Shown piece by piece: positions 26,905 through 36,735 of a DNA stretch of 64,000 nucleotides. The stretch covers positions 4,510 through 68,509 of the forward strand of contig JAGARQ010000038.1 in the NCBI GenBank assembly GCA_017622175.1. The letters run 5' to 3'. A model generated the notes under the pieces. It was not told the origin of the DNA. It ran no database searches and worked only from the letters and a program-made list of their open reading frames with translations. The translations under genes were made by a program, and so were the position numbers. This stretch comes from Bacilli bacterium (GTDB lineage: Bacteria; Bacillota_I; Bacilli_A; RF39; UBA660). Each line of letters begins with the position of its first letter. Position 1 is the first letter of the stretch.

Positions 26905-27267
26905 TTAGAATTCTAATCCGTTTTCACGTGCAGCTTCAGCTAAAGCTTTTACACGTCCGTGATAAAGGTATCCACCTCTATCGAATACTACTTTTGTAAT
27001 TTTTGCTTTTGTTGCTTTTTCAGCGATTGCTTTACCAACAACTTTAGCTGCTTCTACATTACTACCATTTGCTAGTTTTAATTCTTTGTCTAATGAGGAA
27101 GCAGATACAAGAGTAGTTCTAGTTTCGTCATCAATGATTTGTGCATAGATTCCTGTATTTGAACGGAATACACATAATCTTGGAGTTGCGCATGTTCCCA
27201 TGATTGTCTTACGAATTCTTTCATGACGTACTTTACGCATACTATTACGAGATTCTTTTTTTATCAT
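26905..27267 (-). CDS. rplR: 50S ribosomal protein L18
   Basis: Conserved L18 (PRLCVFRSN...[26 protein letters not shown]). Confidence 0.97.
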   Translation of the reverse strand: MIKKESRNSMRKVRHERIRKTIMGTCATPRLCVFRSNTGIYAQIIDDETRTTLVSASSLDKELKLANGSNVEAAKVVGKAIAEKATKAKITKVVFDRGGYLYHGRVKALAEAARENGLEF

Positions 27268-27289
27268 TTTAATTCTCCCTTCCTACTGA

Positions 27290-27820
27290 CTAAGCAGCTT
27301 TCTTTCCTTCTTTACGAACAATATGTTCATCTTTGTAACGAATTCCTTTACCTTTGTATGGTTCAGGTTGTCTTACTTCTCTAACTTTTGCAGCGAATTC
27401 TCCAACTAATACTTTATCAATACCTTTGATAGTGATTTCAGTATTTCCGTTAGCTTCTACTGTTAATCCTGCTGGAATTTCCATATTAACTGGGTGTGAG
27501 TATCCAGCACTAACTACTAATTTTTGACCTTGAACATTGAAACGATATCCAACACCGATAATTTCAAGTGTTTTAGCATATCCTTCTTTAACACCTTTGA
27601 TCATGTTAGCGATTAAAGCGTTCATTGTTCCATGCATTGCTTTTGCATTTTCATTTTTACGTTCTAAAATAATTGTATTTTCTTCTTGTTTCATAGTAAT
27701 ATCTTTTAACATTACTTGACTTAATTGTCCTTTAGGTCCTTTTACTGTTACAACGTTATCAACTAATTCAACAGTAACACCTTCAGGAATTGTAATAATA
27801 CGATTTCCAATACGGCTCAT
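27290..27820 (-). CDS. rplF: 50S ribosomal protein L6
   Basis: MSRIGNRIITIPEGV conserved L6. Confidence 0.97.
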   Translation of the reverse strand: MSRIGNRIITIPEGVTVELVDNVVTVKGPKGQLSQVMLKDITMKQEENTIILERKNENAKAMHGTMNALIANMIKGVKEGYAKTLEIIGVGYRFNVQGQKLVVSAGYSHPVNMEIPAGLTVEANGNTEITIKGIDKVLVGEFAAKVREVRQPEPYKGKGIRYKDEHIVRKEGKKAA

Positions 27821-27889
27821 ATCGACACCTCCTATATCTCATTTTAAATTTACCATGTTACCATGGGTTTCAAACTATCTTTGTCTTTA

Positions 27890-28288
27890 TTACCAAATAT
27901 AAGCTAGAACTTCTCCACCTATATTTTCTTTACGAGCTTCTTTATCTGTCATAATTCCTTTTGATGTAGAAATGATTGCAATTCCTAAACCATTTAATAC
28001 TTTAGGGATTTCATCATTTTTAGCATATACACGAAGTCCTGGTTTGGAAATTCTTTTAAGACCAGTGATAACTCTTTCTTTCTTGTTATATTTTAAAGTT
28101 AGAACGATAGTTCCTTGAGCGTCATCACTTTCGATTTTGTAATCTTTAATAAATCCTTCTTCTTTAAGAATTCTTGCGATTTCTTTTTTGATGTTTGAAG
28201 CAGGAACTGTTACTTCTTCATAACGCATTTGGTTAGCATTACGAATACGTGTTAACATATCTGCAATTGTATCTGTTACTACTGCCAT
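27890..28288 (-). CDS. rpsH: 30S ribosomal protein S8
   Basis: [13 protein letters not shown] motif. ATG 28288 follows AGGAGGAAAA; the longer extension would abut rpsN. Confidence 0.96.
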   Translation of the reverse strand: MAVVTDTIADMLTRIRNANQMRYEEVTVPASNIKKEIARILKEEGFIKDYKIESDDAQGTIVLTLKYNKKERVITGLKRISKPGLRVYAKNDEIPKVLNGLGIAIISTSKGIMTDKEARKENIGGEVLAYIW

Positions 28289-28309
28289 TTTAATTTTCCT
28301 CCTTTCCAA

Positions 28310-28495
28310 TTACCAACTTGATTTTTTAATTCCTGGTATTTGTCCTTTATAAGCTAATTCACGGAAGCAAATACGGCAGATTCCGAATTTACTCATAACT
28401 GCGTGTGGACGACCACATCTTGTACATCTTGTATATTCACGTACTTTGAATTTTTGTGGTCTATTAGCTTTTATTATCATACTTTTCTTTGCCAT
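28310..28495 (-). CDS. rpsN: 30S ribosomal protein S14, type Z (zinc-binding)
   Basis: 61 aa with CTRCGRP...CRICFRE. Confidence 0.97.
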   Translation of the reverse strand: MAKKSMIIKANRPQKFKVREYTRCTRCGRPHAVMSKFGICRICFRELAYKGQIPGIKKSSW

Positions 28496-28511
28496 AATTT
28501 TCCTCCATTAT

Positions 28512-29051
28512 TTACTTTCTAAAAGGAATTCCAAGTCCATTTAATAAGTCGAATGATTCTTCATTTGATTTTGCTGTTGTTACGAATACGATATCCATAC
28601 CACGAACTTTTACAACATCATCATAATTAATTTCTGAAAAGATTAATTGTTCTTTTAATCCCATAGTGTAGTTTCCTCTACCATCGAATGCTTTTGGGCT
28701 AACACCACGGAAGTCTCTTACTTGAGGTAGAGAGATAGATATTAACTTATCTAAGAAGTTATACATATTATCTCCTCTTAAAGTAACTTTGCAACCAATT
28801 GCTTGATTTTCTCTAACTTTAAATCCAGCAATTGACTTTTTAGCTCTTGTTACTACTGGTTTTTGTCCAGAGATTTTAGCTAAATCAGCTACTGCAGCAT
28901 CTAATAATTTAGAATTTCCAGTTGCATCTCCAACTCCCATATTGATAACAATCTTTTCTAATTTTGGTACTTCCATTACTGACTTATAATTGTATTTATT
29001 CATTAAACTTGAAACAACTTCATTTAAGTATTTCTCTTTTAGGCGGTTCAT
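28512..29051 (-). CDS. rplE: 50S ribosomal protein L5
   Basis: Conserved L5 sequence and operon position. Confidence 0.97.
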   Translation of the reverse strand: MNRLKEKYLNEVVSSLMNKYNYKSVMEVPKLEKIVINMGVGDATGNSKLLDAAVADLAKISGQKPVVTRAKKSIAGFKVRENQAIGCKVTLRGDNMYNFLDKLISISLPQVRDFRGVSPKAFDGRGNYTMGLKEQLIFSEINYDDVVKVRGMDIVFVTTAKSNEESFDLLNGLGIPFRK

Positions 29052-29068
29052 AGTTACCCTCCTTCCAA

Positions 29069-29380
29069 TTAATCAATCTTCTCGTTTGATTTTTTTGCGA
29101 TTCTTATTTTTTTACCTGTTTTTTCATCAGTTGTATGTCCTACTCTAGTTCTTTTTTTAGTTTTAGGATCAACGATCATAACATTTGATGCATGAATTGG
29201 TGCAGCCATTTCAACGATTCCACCAGTTTCTTGAGCTGTAGCTTTTTGATGTTTTTTAACGATATTAACACCTTCAACTACTACTTTATTTTCATCTCTT
29301 AATGTTCTAACGATTTTTCCTGTTTTACCTTTATCAGAACCAGCGATAACTACAACTTCATCTCCTACTTTAAAGTTCAT
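29069..29380 (-). CDS. rplX: 50S ribosomal protein L24
   Basis: [23 protein letters not shown] motif. Confidence 0.97.
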   Translation of the reverse strand: MNFKVGDEVVVIAGSDKGKTGKIVRTLRDENKVVVEGVNIVKKHQKATAQETGGIVEMAAPIHASNVMIVDPKTKKRTRVGHTTDEKTGKKIRIAKKSNEKID

Positions 29381-29393
29381 ATTTATCCTCCTC

Positions 29394-29762
29394 TTATAAA
29401 ACTTCTTTTGCTAAAGAAACAATTTTCATGTAATCTTTATCACGAAGTTCTCTTGCTACTGGTCCAAAAATACGAGTTCCTACTGGACTCTTGTCATCAC
29501 GAATGATAACACAAGCATTGTCATCGAACTTAATGTAACTTCCATCTTCACGACGAACGCCTTGACGACTACGAACGATAACTGCTTTTACAACTTTTCC
29601 TTTTTTAACTGGTGAGTTAGGAATTGCACTCTTAACTGTTCCAACTACTACGTCACCAATGTTACCTGTTTTTACTTTACTTCCACCTAATACACGGATT
29701 ACTAATAATTCACGTGCACCAGAGTTGTCAGCAACCTTCATACGGCTTTCTTGTTGTAACAT
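29394..29762 (-). CDS. rplN: 50S ribosomal protein L14
   Basis: [18 protein letters not shown] conserved L14. Confidence 0.98.
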   Translation of the reverse strand: MLQQESRMKVADNSGARELLVIRVLGGSKVKTGNIGDVVVGTVKSAIPNSPVKKGKVVKAVIVRSRQGVRREDGSYIKFDDNACVIIRDDKSPVGTRIFGPVARELRDKDYMKIVSLAKEVL

Positions 29763-29790
29763 AGATTATTCCTCCTTCTTCATCTAAGCG

Positions 29791-30051
29791 TTAAATAATA
29801 ACTGCTTCTTTTACTACTTCTTTTAAATAGAAGTGTTTTGTTTTTGATATTGGTCTAGTTTCTACTATACGTACTGTATCTCCAACTTTAGCGATATTTT
29901 TTTCATCATGTACACTATATTTCTTAGAGCTTTTAACTCTTTTGTGATATAACGGATGGTTTTTATAAGTTTCAACTAAAACAGTGATTGTTTTATCATT
30001 AGCTGCGCTAACAACTTTACCAACTAATTCTTTGCTTAATTTCTTTTCCAC
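29791..30051 (-). CDS. rpsQ: 30S ribosomal protein S17
   Basis: Conserved S17 sequence and operon position. Confidence 0.96.
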   Translation of the reverse strand: MEKKLSKELVGKVVSAANDKTITVLVETYKNHPLYHKRVKSSKKYSVHDEKNIAKVGDTVRIVETRPISKTKHFYLKEVVKEAVII

Positions 30052-30062
30052 TTAAATCCCTC

Positions 30063-30257
30063 CTACTCGCTTAATTCACGTTCTCTTAGAACGGTTTTTA
30101 ATCTTGCAACTGTGTGTCTTAAATCTTTGATTCTAGATGGTTTTTCTAGGTTTCCTGTTGCTTGTTGGAAACGTAAGTTAAATAATTCTTCTTTTGCTTC
30201 AACTAATTTTTTGTTGATTTCTTCTGTTGTTAATTCTCTAATTTCTTTAACCTTCAT
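30063..30257 (-). CDS. rpmC: 50S ribosomal protein L29
   Basis: ELRELTTEE..EL.NLRFQ pattern. Overlaps the rplP 3' end. Confidence 0.96.
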   Translation of the reverse strand: MKVKEIRELTTEEINKKLVEAKEELFNLRFQQATGNLEKPSRIKDLRHTVARLKTVLRERELSE

Positions 30258-30678
30258 TTACTTCACCACCATTTTCTTTTTTAACAAATTTAGTTGCGAT
30301 AGGTAATTTGTGAGATGCAAGTCTTAATGCTTCACGAGCAACTTCTTCAGTAACTCCAGCGATTTCGAACATGATCTTTCCTTCTTTAACTACTGCAACC
30401 CATCCTTCAACGTTACCTTTACCTTTACCTTGTCTTGTTCCGATAGGTTTTTTAGTTAATGGTAAGTGAGGGAAGATGTTTATCCAAACTTTTCCACCAC
30501 GTTTCATATAACGAGTCATAGCGATACGAGCAGCTTCGATTTGATTTGCTGTAATCCAAGCTCCTTCTTTTGCTTGAAGACCGTATTCTCCGAATGATAA
30601 TTCTCTATTTCCACGTGATCTTCCTTCGTAAGGTAATCTATGAACACGACGATATTTAGTTCTTGACGGTATTAACAT
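30247..30678 (-). CDS. rplP: 50S ribosomal protein L16
   Basis: [14 protein letters not shown] conserved L16. Confidence 0.97.
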   Translation of the reverse strand: MLIPSRTKYRRVHRLPYEGRSRGNRELSFGEYGLQAKEGAWITANQIEAARIAMTRYMKRGGKVWINIFPHLPLTKKPIGTRQGKGKGNVEGWVAVVKEGKIMFEIAGVTEEVAREALRLASHKLPIATKFVKKENGGEVNEG

Positions 30679-30679
30679 A

Positions 30680-31330
30680 TTAATTACCTCCTTTTGCCTT
30701 TTTATTTAAGATTTCACCTTTGTAAATCCAAACTTTTACACCAATCTTACCGAATGTTGTATCAGCTTCAGCTGTTGCATAATCAACATCTGCTCTTAAT
30801 GTATGTAGAGGAATTGTTCCTTCAGTGTATCCTTCACTACGTGCCATATCAGCTCCACCTAAACGTCCAGAAACTGATGTTTTAATTCCTTTAGCTCCTG
30901 CTTTCATAGCATTTCTAATTGCACGTTTTTGAGCCATACGGAATGAAGCTCTGTTAGTAATTTGATTAGCGATTGAATCAGCTACTAATTGAGCATCTAA
31001 ATCTACTTTTTTAATATCAACGATTGAGATTTGAACGTTTTCATCAGCAATCTTTGATAATTGTGTTTTTAATTTTTCAATTTCTTCTCCACCGTGTCCA
31101 ATCATAACACCTGGTTTAGAAGTATGAATTACAACTTCACATCTCTTAGCATTTCTTTCAATTTCAACTTTTGCAATTCCGGCATTCTTTAAGTTTTCTG
31201 TTAAATATTCACGAATTTTAACATCTTTTTCTAAGTTCTTAGAAAAATCTTTACCTTTAGCATACCATTTAGCTTGCCAGTCTTTATTGATTCCAAGTCT
31301 AAGTCCATTAGGATTAACCTTTTGTCCCAT
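30680..31330 (-). CDS. rpsC: 30S ribosomal protein S3
   Basis: [14 protein letters not shown] conserved S3. Confidence 0.98.
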   Translation of the reverse strand: MGQKVNPNGLRLGINKDWQAKWYAKGKDFSKNLEKDVKIREYLTENLKNAGIAKVEIERNAKRCEVVIHTSKPGVMIGHGGEEIEKLKTQLSKIADENVQISIVDIKKVDLDAQLVADSIANQITNRASFRMAQKRAIRNAMKAGAKGIKTSVSGRLGGADMARSEGYTEGTIPLHTLRADVDYATAEADTTFGKIGVKVWIYKGEILNKKAKGGN

Positions 31331-31345
31331 TTTGTAACCTCCTTA

Positions 31346-31681
31346 TTAGTTTTTTGTAGCCACTGCTATAACTATGTGACTAGTTCTGTGATCTTTGTGT
31401 CCAATATGAGAACGTGAATCAAACATATGACGTTTCATAACAGGACCAGCATCTACTCTTGCTTCTTTAACATAAAGTGTTGCAGCATCTGCACCATTGT
31501 TGTTAACAGCGTTAGCAATAGCAGAATCTAAAACTTTTTTAGTAAGTCTTGCTGACTTATTATTTACATTACTTAATATGGTTAATGCTTCTTGTACACT
31601 TTTACCACGGATTAGGTCAGCTACTAAACGAGCTCTAATAGGTGATATTCTAAGTCCCTTAGCAATTGCTTTTGCTTCCAT
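31346..31681 (-). CDS. rplV: 50S ribosomal protein L22
   Basis: Conserved L22 sequence and position. Confidence 0.97.
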   Translation of the reverse strand: MEAKAIAKGLRISPIRARLVADLIRGKSVQEALTILSNVNNKSARLTKKVLDSAIANAVNNNGADAATLYVKEARVDAGPVMKRHMFDSRSHIGHKDHRTSHIVIAVATKN

Positions 31682-31705
31682 ATATTTCCCTCCTAGTCAT
31701 TATTT

Positions 31706-31972
31706 TTATTTTTTGTCTGAACCATGTCCACCGAATTTACGTGTTAATGCGAATTCACCTAATTTATGTCCAACCATGTCTTCTGTAACATATACTGGAA
31801 TAAATTCTTTACCATTGTGAACTGCAAATGTGTGTCCTATAAAATCAGGAAAAATAGTGGAACGGCGTGACCATGTTTTAATGACTTCTTTTTTTCCAGA
31901 CTTATTTAATTCTTGAACTCTTTTTAGTAATCTCTCGAATACATAAGGTCCTTTTTTTAAACTTCTTGCCAT
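31706..31972 (-). CDS. rpsS: 30S ribosomal protein S19
   Basis: [11 protein letters not shown]...[16 protein letters not shown]. Confidence 0.98.
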   Translation of the reverse strand: MARSLKKGPYVFERLLKRVQELNKSGKKEVIKTWSRRSTIFPDFIGHTFAVHNGKEFIPVYVTEDMVGHKLGEFALTRKFGGHGSDKK

Positions 31973-31992
31973 TTTTTAATCATCCTTTCCTA

Positions 31993-32820
31993 TTATTTAC
32001 TACGACGACGTACTATGAACTTGTCAGATTGTTTTTTCTTACGTGTCTTTAATCCAAGTGCAGGTTTACCCCAAGGTGTCATTGGTGCTTTACGTCCTAC
32101 TGGAGCGCGTCCTTCACCTCCACCATGTGGGTGGTCATTAGGGTTCATAACTGAACCACGAACTGTTGGTCTAATTCCCATGTGACGGCTACGTCCTGCT
32201 TTTCCAACTTTAACTAGTGAAGAGTCTTCATTTCCAACTTCTCCAACTGTAGCCATACAAGTTCCAAGAACTTTTCTTTGTTCACCACTTGATAAACGAA
32301 TCATAACATAGTTATCTTCACGACCAAGGATTTGTGCAGATGCTCCAGCACTTCTTGCTAGTTCTCCACCTTTTCCTGGACGAAGTTCAATATTATGAAC
32401 CATTGTACCAACTGGAATGTTCATGATTGGTAATGCATTACCAACTTTAATATCAGCATTTTCTCCAGCTTCAACTGTCATACCAACTGTTAAACCTTTT
32501 GGAGCGATGATATATCTTTTTTCTCCATCTGCGTAATTGATTAATGCAATATTAGCAGTTCTGTTTGGATCGTATTCGATTGATGCTACTGATCCAGGTA
32601 CGTTTAATTTATTTCTTTTGAAATCAATGATACGATATTTTCTTTTTTCTCCACCACCGTGGTGACGAACTGTTATCTTACCTTGATTATTACGTCCACC
32701 ATTTTTCTTAATAGTAACTGTAAGAGATTTTTCTGGTACGTTAGTAGTGATTTCTTCATTTACTAATGTACTCATTTTTCTACGTCCTGGTGTAGTAGGT
32801 TTATAATTTCTGATTGCCAT
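31993..32820 (-). CDS. rplB: 50S ribosomal protein L2
   Basis: Conserved L2 ([13 protein letters not shown]). Confidence 0.98.
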   Translation of the reverse strand: MAIRNYKPTTPGRRKMSTLVNEEITTNVPEKSLTVTIKKNGGRNNQGKITVRHHGGGEKRKYRIIDFKRNKLNVPGSVASIEYDPNRTANIALINYADGEKRYIIAPKGLTVGMTVEAGENADIKVGNALPIMNIPVGTMVHNIELRPGKGGELARSAGASAQILGREDNYVMIRLSSGEQRKVLGTCMATVGEVGNEDSSLVKVGKAGRSRHMGIRPTVRGSVMNPNDHPHGGGEGRAPVGRKAPMTPWGKPALGLKTRKKKQSDKFIVRRRSK

Positions 32821-32837
32821 AATTTATTTTCCTCCTT

Positions 32838-33122
32838 CTAACCAAGATCAATTGTTTGTCCTTCAGCAAGGCTAACAATTGCTTTCTTATAACGAGTAGT
32901 TAATCCTGTATAACGACCAACTCTTCTTTTCTTAGGTTTTACATTTATTGTTCTAATTGCTGAAACTTTTACATTAAAGATTTTTTCAATAGCTTCTTTA
33001 ATTTCAGTTTTTGTTGCTTTAGGAGCTACTTTAAAAGTATATTTTCCTTCGCTTTTAGCAATTTGTGATTTTTCAGTAATAACTGGTGCTTTAAGTATTT
33101 CTAAATATTTAGTGTCTTTCAT
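32838..33122 (-). CDS. rplW: 50S ribosomal protein L23
   Basis: Conserved L23 sequence and position. Confidence 0.96.
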   Translation of the reverse strand: MKDTKYLEILKAPVITEKSQIAKSEGKYTFKVAPKATKTEIKEAIEKIFNVKVSAIRTINVKPKKRRVGRYTGLTTRYKKAIVSLAEGQTIDLG

Positions 33123-33748
33123 TATTTAAGCACCTCCTCAATATTTTTTAATGCAGCTTCTGTAACTAACATTACATCAGTTCCAACTACATCTAATACA
33201 TTAATTTCTTCTGCTAAGATTAATACTAAGTTTTGGATGTTTCTTGAAGCTAAGATCATGTTGTCATCAAATGCATCTACAACTAATAATACTTTCTTAT
33301 CAGCAACTTTTAATGTTTCAAGAATATTCATCATTTCTTTAGTCTTTGGTGTTTCAACTTTGAAGTTATCTAAAACGATGATTGCTTTTTCATTAGCTTT
33401 ATCTGCTAAAGCTGATTTTAAAGCTAATCTTCTTTCTTTTCTATTTTGTTTAATGCTATAGTCTCTAGGTACTGGAGTTCCATAGTTTCCTCCACCTACC
33501 CATTGTACAGATCTAATAGATCCTTGACGAGCACGTCCAGTTCCCTTTTGTCTCCATGGCTTTCTTCCTCCACCACTTACTTCTGAACGATTTTTTGTTT
33601 TATGAGTTCCTTGTCTTAATGATGCCATTGTTAAAATGATTGCATCGTGTAAAACAGCATTGTTTGGGGTAATTCCAAAAATTTCTTCGTTTAAATTAAT
33701 GTCCTTTACTTTTTCACCTTTAAGATTTAAAAGTTCTACTTTTTTCAT
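33122..33748 (-). CDS. rplD: 50S ribosomal protein L4
   Basis: GGGRKPWRQKGTGRARQGSIR motif. Confidence 0.97.
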   Translation of the reverse strand: MKKVELLNLKGEKVKDINLNEEIFGITPNNAVLHDAIILTMASLRQGTHKTKNRSEVSGGGRKPWRQKGTGRARQGSIRSVQWVGGGNYGTPVPRDYSIKQNRKERRLALKSALADKANEKAIIVLDNFKVETPKTKEMMNILETLKVADKKVLLVVDAFDDNMILASRNIQNLVLILAEEINVLDVVGTDVMLVTEAALKNIEEVLK

Positions 33749-33813
33749 TTACGATTCCTCCTTTCATCACATTTAAATTAATAATTTTCTTTCTTTATTA
33801 TATATTGTGATGA

Positions 33814-34536
33814 TTATTCAACTGTTGTTTCTTCAGTAGCTGTTTCTTCAACAACTTCTTCGATTGATGGTTCTACATAACTAACTAAGTTTGCAGCTTC
33901 TTTCTTTACATCAGGTTTTTTAACCGCAGTACGAATCATAACTAATGATTTCTTTGGACCTGGAACATTACCTTTAACTAAGATTACACTGTTTTCTGTA
34001 TCTACTGATACGATTTCAAGATTTTGAACTGTTCTTTGAACATTACCCATTTGTCCTGGCATCTTTTTACCTTTAAGAACGTGCATTGGTAAAAGAGTAC
34101 CTAATGAACCAACACCTCTGTGGTATTGAGAACCATGTCCTTTTGGACCGATTGATTGATTGTGACGTTTAATAACACCTTGGAAACCTTTACCTTTACT
34201 AGTTCCAGTAACATCAACCATTTCCCCTTCGCTGAAAATGTCTACTCCAATAGTTTGCCCTAATGAGTATTCATTAACGTTAACTCCTCTAATTTCTCTT
34301 AAGAAGCGCTTAGGTGCTGTATTAGCTTTGTTTGTATGACCCATAGCTGGTTTGTTGCTTAACTTTTCTCTGATTGTTTCAGTAGCAAGTTGTACTGCTT
34401 CATAACCATCTTTTTCTACTGTTTTGATTTGAGTAACCACATTTGGTTCAACTTCAATAACAGTAACCGGAATTAATTTACCTTCTGTAGTAAATACTTG
34501 AGTCATTCCGATTTTCTTACCTAAGATTCCTTTCAT
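33814..34536 (-). CDS. rplC: 50S ribosomal protein L3 (with acidic C-terminal extension)
   Basis: [15 protein letters not shown] conserved L3. About 30 extra C-terminal residues rich in Glu/Thr/Val. Confidence 0.97.
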   Translation of the reverse strand: MKGILGKKIGMTQVFTTEGKLIPVTVIEVEPNVVTQIKTVEKDGYEAVQLATETIREKLSNKPAMGHTNKANTAPKRFLREIRGVNVNEYSLGQTIGVDIFSEGEMVDVTGTSKGKGFQGVIKRHNQSIGPKGHGSQYHRGVGSLGTLLPMHVLKGKKMPGQMGNVQRTVQNLEIVSVDTENSVILVKGNVPGPKKSLVMIRTAVKKPDVKKEAANLVSYVEPSIEEVVEETATEETTVE

Positions 34537-34553
34537 TATTGTTTCCTCCTAAA

Positions 34554-34865
34554 TTATTTTGTTTTGATTTCGATGTCTACACCACTTGGTAAGTCTAAGT
34601 GAGCTAAAGCTTCAACTGTTTCCTTACTTGGATTTTTGATATCGATTAATCTTTTGTGTGTACGCATTTCGAATTGTTCACGTGAATCTTTGTATTTGTG
34701 TACAGCTCTTAAAATTGTGAATTTTTCAATTTCAGTTGGAAGTGGTACTGGACCAGAGATTACTCCACCAGATCTTCTTACTGTTTCAACAATTTTCTTA
34801 GCAGCATTATCAAGTACTCTGTGATCGTACGCTTTAATTCTGATACGAATTTTTTCTGTTGACAT
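34554..34865 (-). CDS. rpsJ: 30S ribosomal protein S10
   Basis: [15 protein letters not shown] conserved S10. Confidence 0.98.
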   Translation of the reverse strand: MSTEKIRIRIKAYDHRVLDNAAKKIVETVRRSGGVISGPVPLPTEIEKFTILRAVHKYKDSREQFEMRTHKRLIDIKNPSKETVEALAHLDLPSGVDIEIKTK

Positions 34866-34988
34866 TTTGTATTCTCCCTTCGCCTATATCTTGTATAGAC
34901 TTGCTCCGTGCGAATAACCCAATAACGAATTAACAACTTAACCCGGTGTATCGACAACCTCGCACATCTAAGCAGTCACACGGTTATA

Positions 34989-35017
34989 ATTATATCAGCC
35001 CCGGCAAGTATTTGCAA
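34989..35017 (-). promoter_or_regulatory. Sigma-A promoter of S10 operon (TTGCAA-17 nt-TATAAT)
   Basis: Hexamers at 35012-35017 and 34989-34994 on the minus strand, leaving a leader of about 120 nt. Confidence 0.75.
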
Positions 35018-35086
35018 GCATTTTTTTCGATTTTTTTCTTATTTAACAACATATTTTAAGTTTTTGACATTTTTTATTATCGATTT

Positions 35087-36322
35087 TTAACTTTTGTTTA
35101 GTTTTTTTCTACCTGGATTACTATTATTAATAAATTTTAGAGAGGCTGGACTTACTATTGACTTACCAAATTTATTATTTATTTTGTCAATTGTTCTTTG
35201 AAATTCATCATTTTCCACAGTTTCTGTGGATTGTTCTTCTGAAAACAAAGATATTTGCTCTTCTTTTTTATTTGTAAAGCCGGACAGTCTTATTCCAATT
35301 AACCTGATTGGATCTTTTTTATAATTTTCATCAAATATTTTAATAGCTAACATATATATATCTTTTGTATTGTTACTTGGTAATGGCAGTTTTGCTTGCG
35401 CCGAATAATTAATGAACTGATTATTTTTAAATATTACTGCTACAGTACTAGCATATTCGCCCTGATTTCTTAATTGCCTAGATACTTCATCTGCTTGTCT
35501 AAATAGAATTTCTTTTAATTTTGTTTCATCTGTATAATCATGGTTCAATGTTTCTGTTGTACTAATGCTATCTCTTTTATTACTTCTTGGTTCTACTTTT
35601 GAATTATCTATTCCCCAGGCTGCTTCTTTTAAATGTTTTGCTTGATTTTTAAAATGTTTTTCTAGCAAATTATCACTAGCTAATGCCAAATCCTTAATGG
35701 TATATATATTTATTTTATTAAGCTGCTCTTTTGTTTTCTTCCCCACCATGAAAAGGTCTCCTACGTCTAGCGGCCATAACTTTGTTTCTATTTCATTTTT
35801 AAATAATGTGTGAATCTTATCTGGCTTTTCAAAATCAGAGGCCATCTTTGCACATAATTTGTTATTAGCTATACCTATGTTTACTGTAAAACCAAACTTT
35901 TCCTTTACCTCTTCTTTGATTTTGTAAGCTAATTCTTGATAATCCTTATATAAATATGATGTTCCTGTCATTTCCATAAAACATTCATCAATTGAGAATT
36001 GTTCAAGATTAGGAGAATATTGCGATAAATATTTAAATAATGCTTTTGAGTTTTTACTGTACCATTCATAATTAGGTGGAAATGTTTGTAATGAAGGGCA
36101 TTTCTTTTTAGCACTATATATTGTTTCTGCTGTAACAATTCCAAATTTTTTGGCAATTGGGGATTTTGCTAAAACAATCCCTCTTCTTTCTTTTTCGTCT
36201 CCACATATAATTGATGGTATTTTTCTAATGTCTTGTTTATATCCTTGTTTTAAAAGTAAAGTAGCAGTCCACGAAAGAAATGCATTGTTAACATCAATAT
36301 GAAATACGATTCTTTCTTTCAT
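35087..36322 (-). CDS. Y-family DNA polymerase (UmuC/YqjW-UvrX-like)
   Basis: HIDVNNAFLS (UmuC-type DVNxF), SIDECFMEMTG catalytic motif, little-finger-length C-terminus. Confidence 0.85.
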   Translation of the reverse strand: MKERIVFHIDVNNAFLSWTATLLLKQGYKQDIRKIPSIICGDEKERRGIVLAKSPIAKKFGIVTAETIYSAKKKCPSLQTFPPNYEWYSKNSKALFKYLSQYSPNLEQFSIDECFMEMTGTSYLYKDYQELAYKIKEEVKEKFGFTVNIGIANNKLCAKMASDFEKPDKIHTLFKNEIETKLWPLDVGDLFMVGKKTKEQLNKINIYTIKDLALASDNLLEKHFKNQAKHLKEAAWGIDNSKVEPRSNKRDSISTTETLNHDYTDETKLKEILFRQADEVSRQLRNQGEYASTVAVIFKNNQFINYSAQAKLPLPSNNTKDIYMLAIKIFDENYKKDPIRLIGIRLSGFTNKKEEQISLFSEEQSTETVENDEFQRTIDKINNKFGKSIVSPASLKFINNSNPGRKKLNKS

Positions 36323-36340
36323 AAAACCACCTCTTTCTTT

Positions 36341-36369
36341 ATTATAAAATATTTTATAAAGCTGTTCAA
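36341..36369 (-). promoter_or_regulatory. Sigma-A promoter of Y-family polymerase gene (TTGAAC-17 nt-TATAAT)
   Basis: The -35 hexamer (36364-36369) is embedded in the inverted repeat TGTTC-N4-GAACA (36363-36376). Confidence 0.6.
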
Positions 36370-36453
36370 TCGAACATGGCTAATTATTTGTACACTTGTA
36401 ATTTACATATATTTTGGTATTTTTAGTACATAATATTGGTAGTAGGTGATTTT

Positions 36454-36705
36454 ATGAATAAATACGAAATTAATATATATGAACAAATTGCAAGAAATAT
36501 TAGAAAATACAGAAAAGTTGCTGGTATTACTCAAGCCGTTCTTGCAGAAAGAGTTGGTGTATCTCACGAATTTATTAGAAGAATCGAATCAAAGAAAGGT
36601 GCTAAGACATTTTCTGTTGATACTATTTGGAAAATATCTTTAGCATTAGATATAGATCCTGGTAAATTATTTGAAATTGATATGGATGAACTAGTTAGAC
36701 AATAA
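36454..36705 (+). CDS. XRE-family helix-turn-helix transcriptional regulator
   Basis: ITQAVLAERVGVSHEFIRRIE HTH. ATG 36454 follows AGGTGAT. Divergent from the polymerase gene. Confidence 0.85.
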   Translation: MNKYEINIYEQIARNIRKYRKVAGITQAVLAERVGVSHEFIRRIESKKGAKTFSVDTIWKISLALDIDPGKLFEIDMDELVRQ

Positions 36706-36735
36706 AAAAAATAACAGATATCTGTTATTTTTTTA
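36704..36735. terminator. Bidirectional terminator between XRE gene and gpmI
   Basis: Palindrome ataacagata/tctgttat flanked by an A-run and a T-run. Confidence 0.75.

Noticed and set aside
33814-33920. Acidic C-terminal extension of L3, Lys/Glu-rich tail of L17 and an internal insertion in S9.
   Set aside because: These are real in the sequence but are most simply lineage-specific r-protein decorations. They were not pursued as separate findings.
36363-36376. Possible LexA (Cheo) SOS box at the Y-family polymerase promoter.
   Set aside because: The repeat is GTTC-N4-GAAC, the inverse arrangement of the Firmicutes GAAC-N4-GTTC consensus. It is kept only as a generic operator candidate. No Cheo-like box was seen upstream of uvrB or uvrA either.
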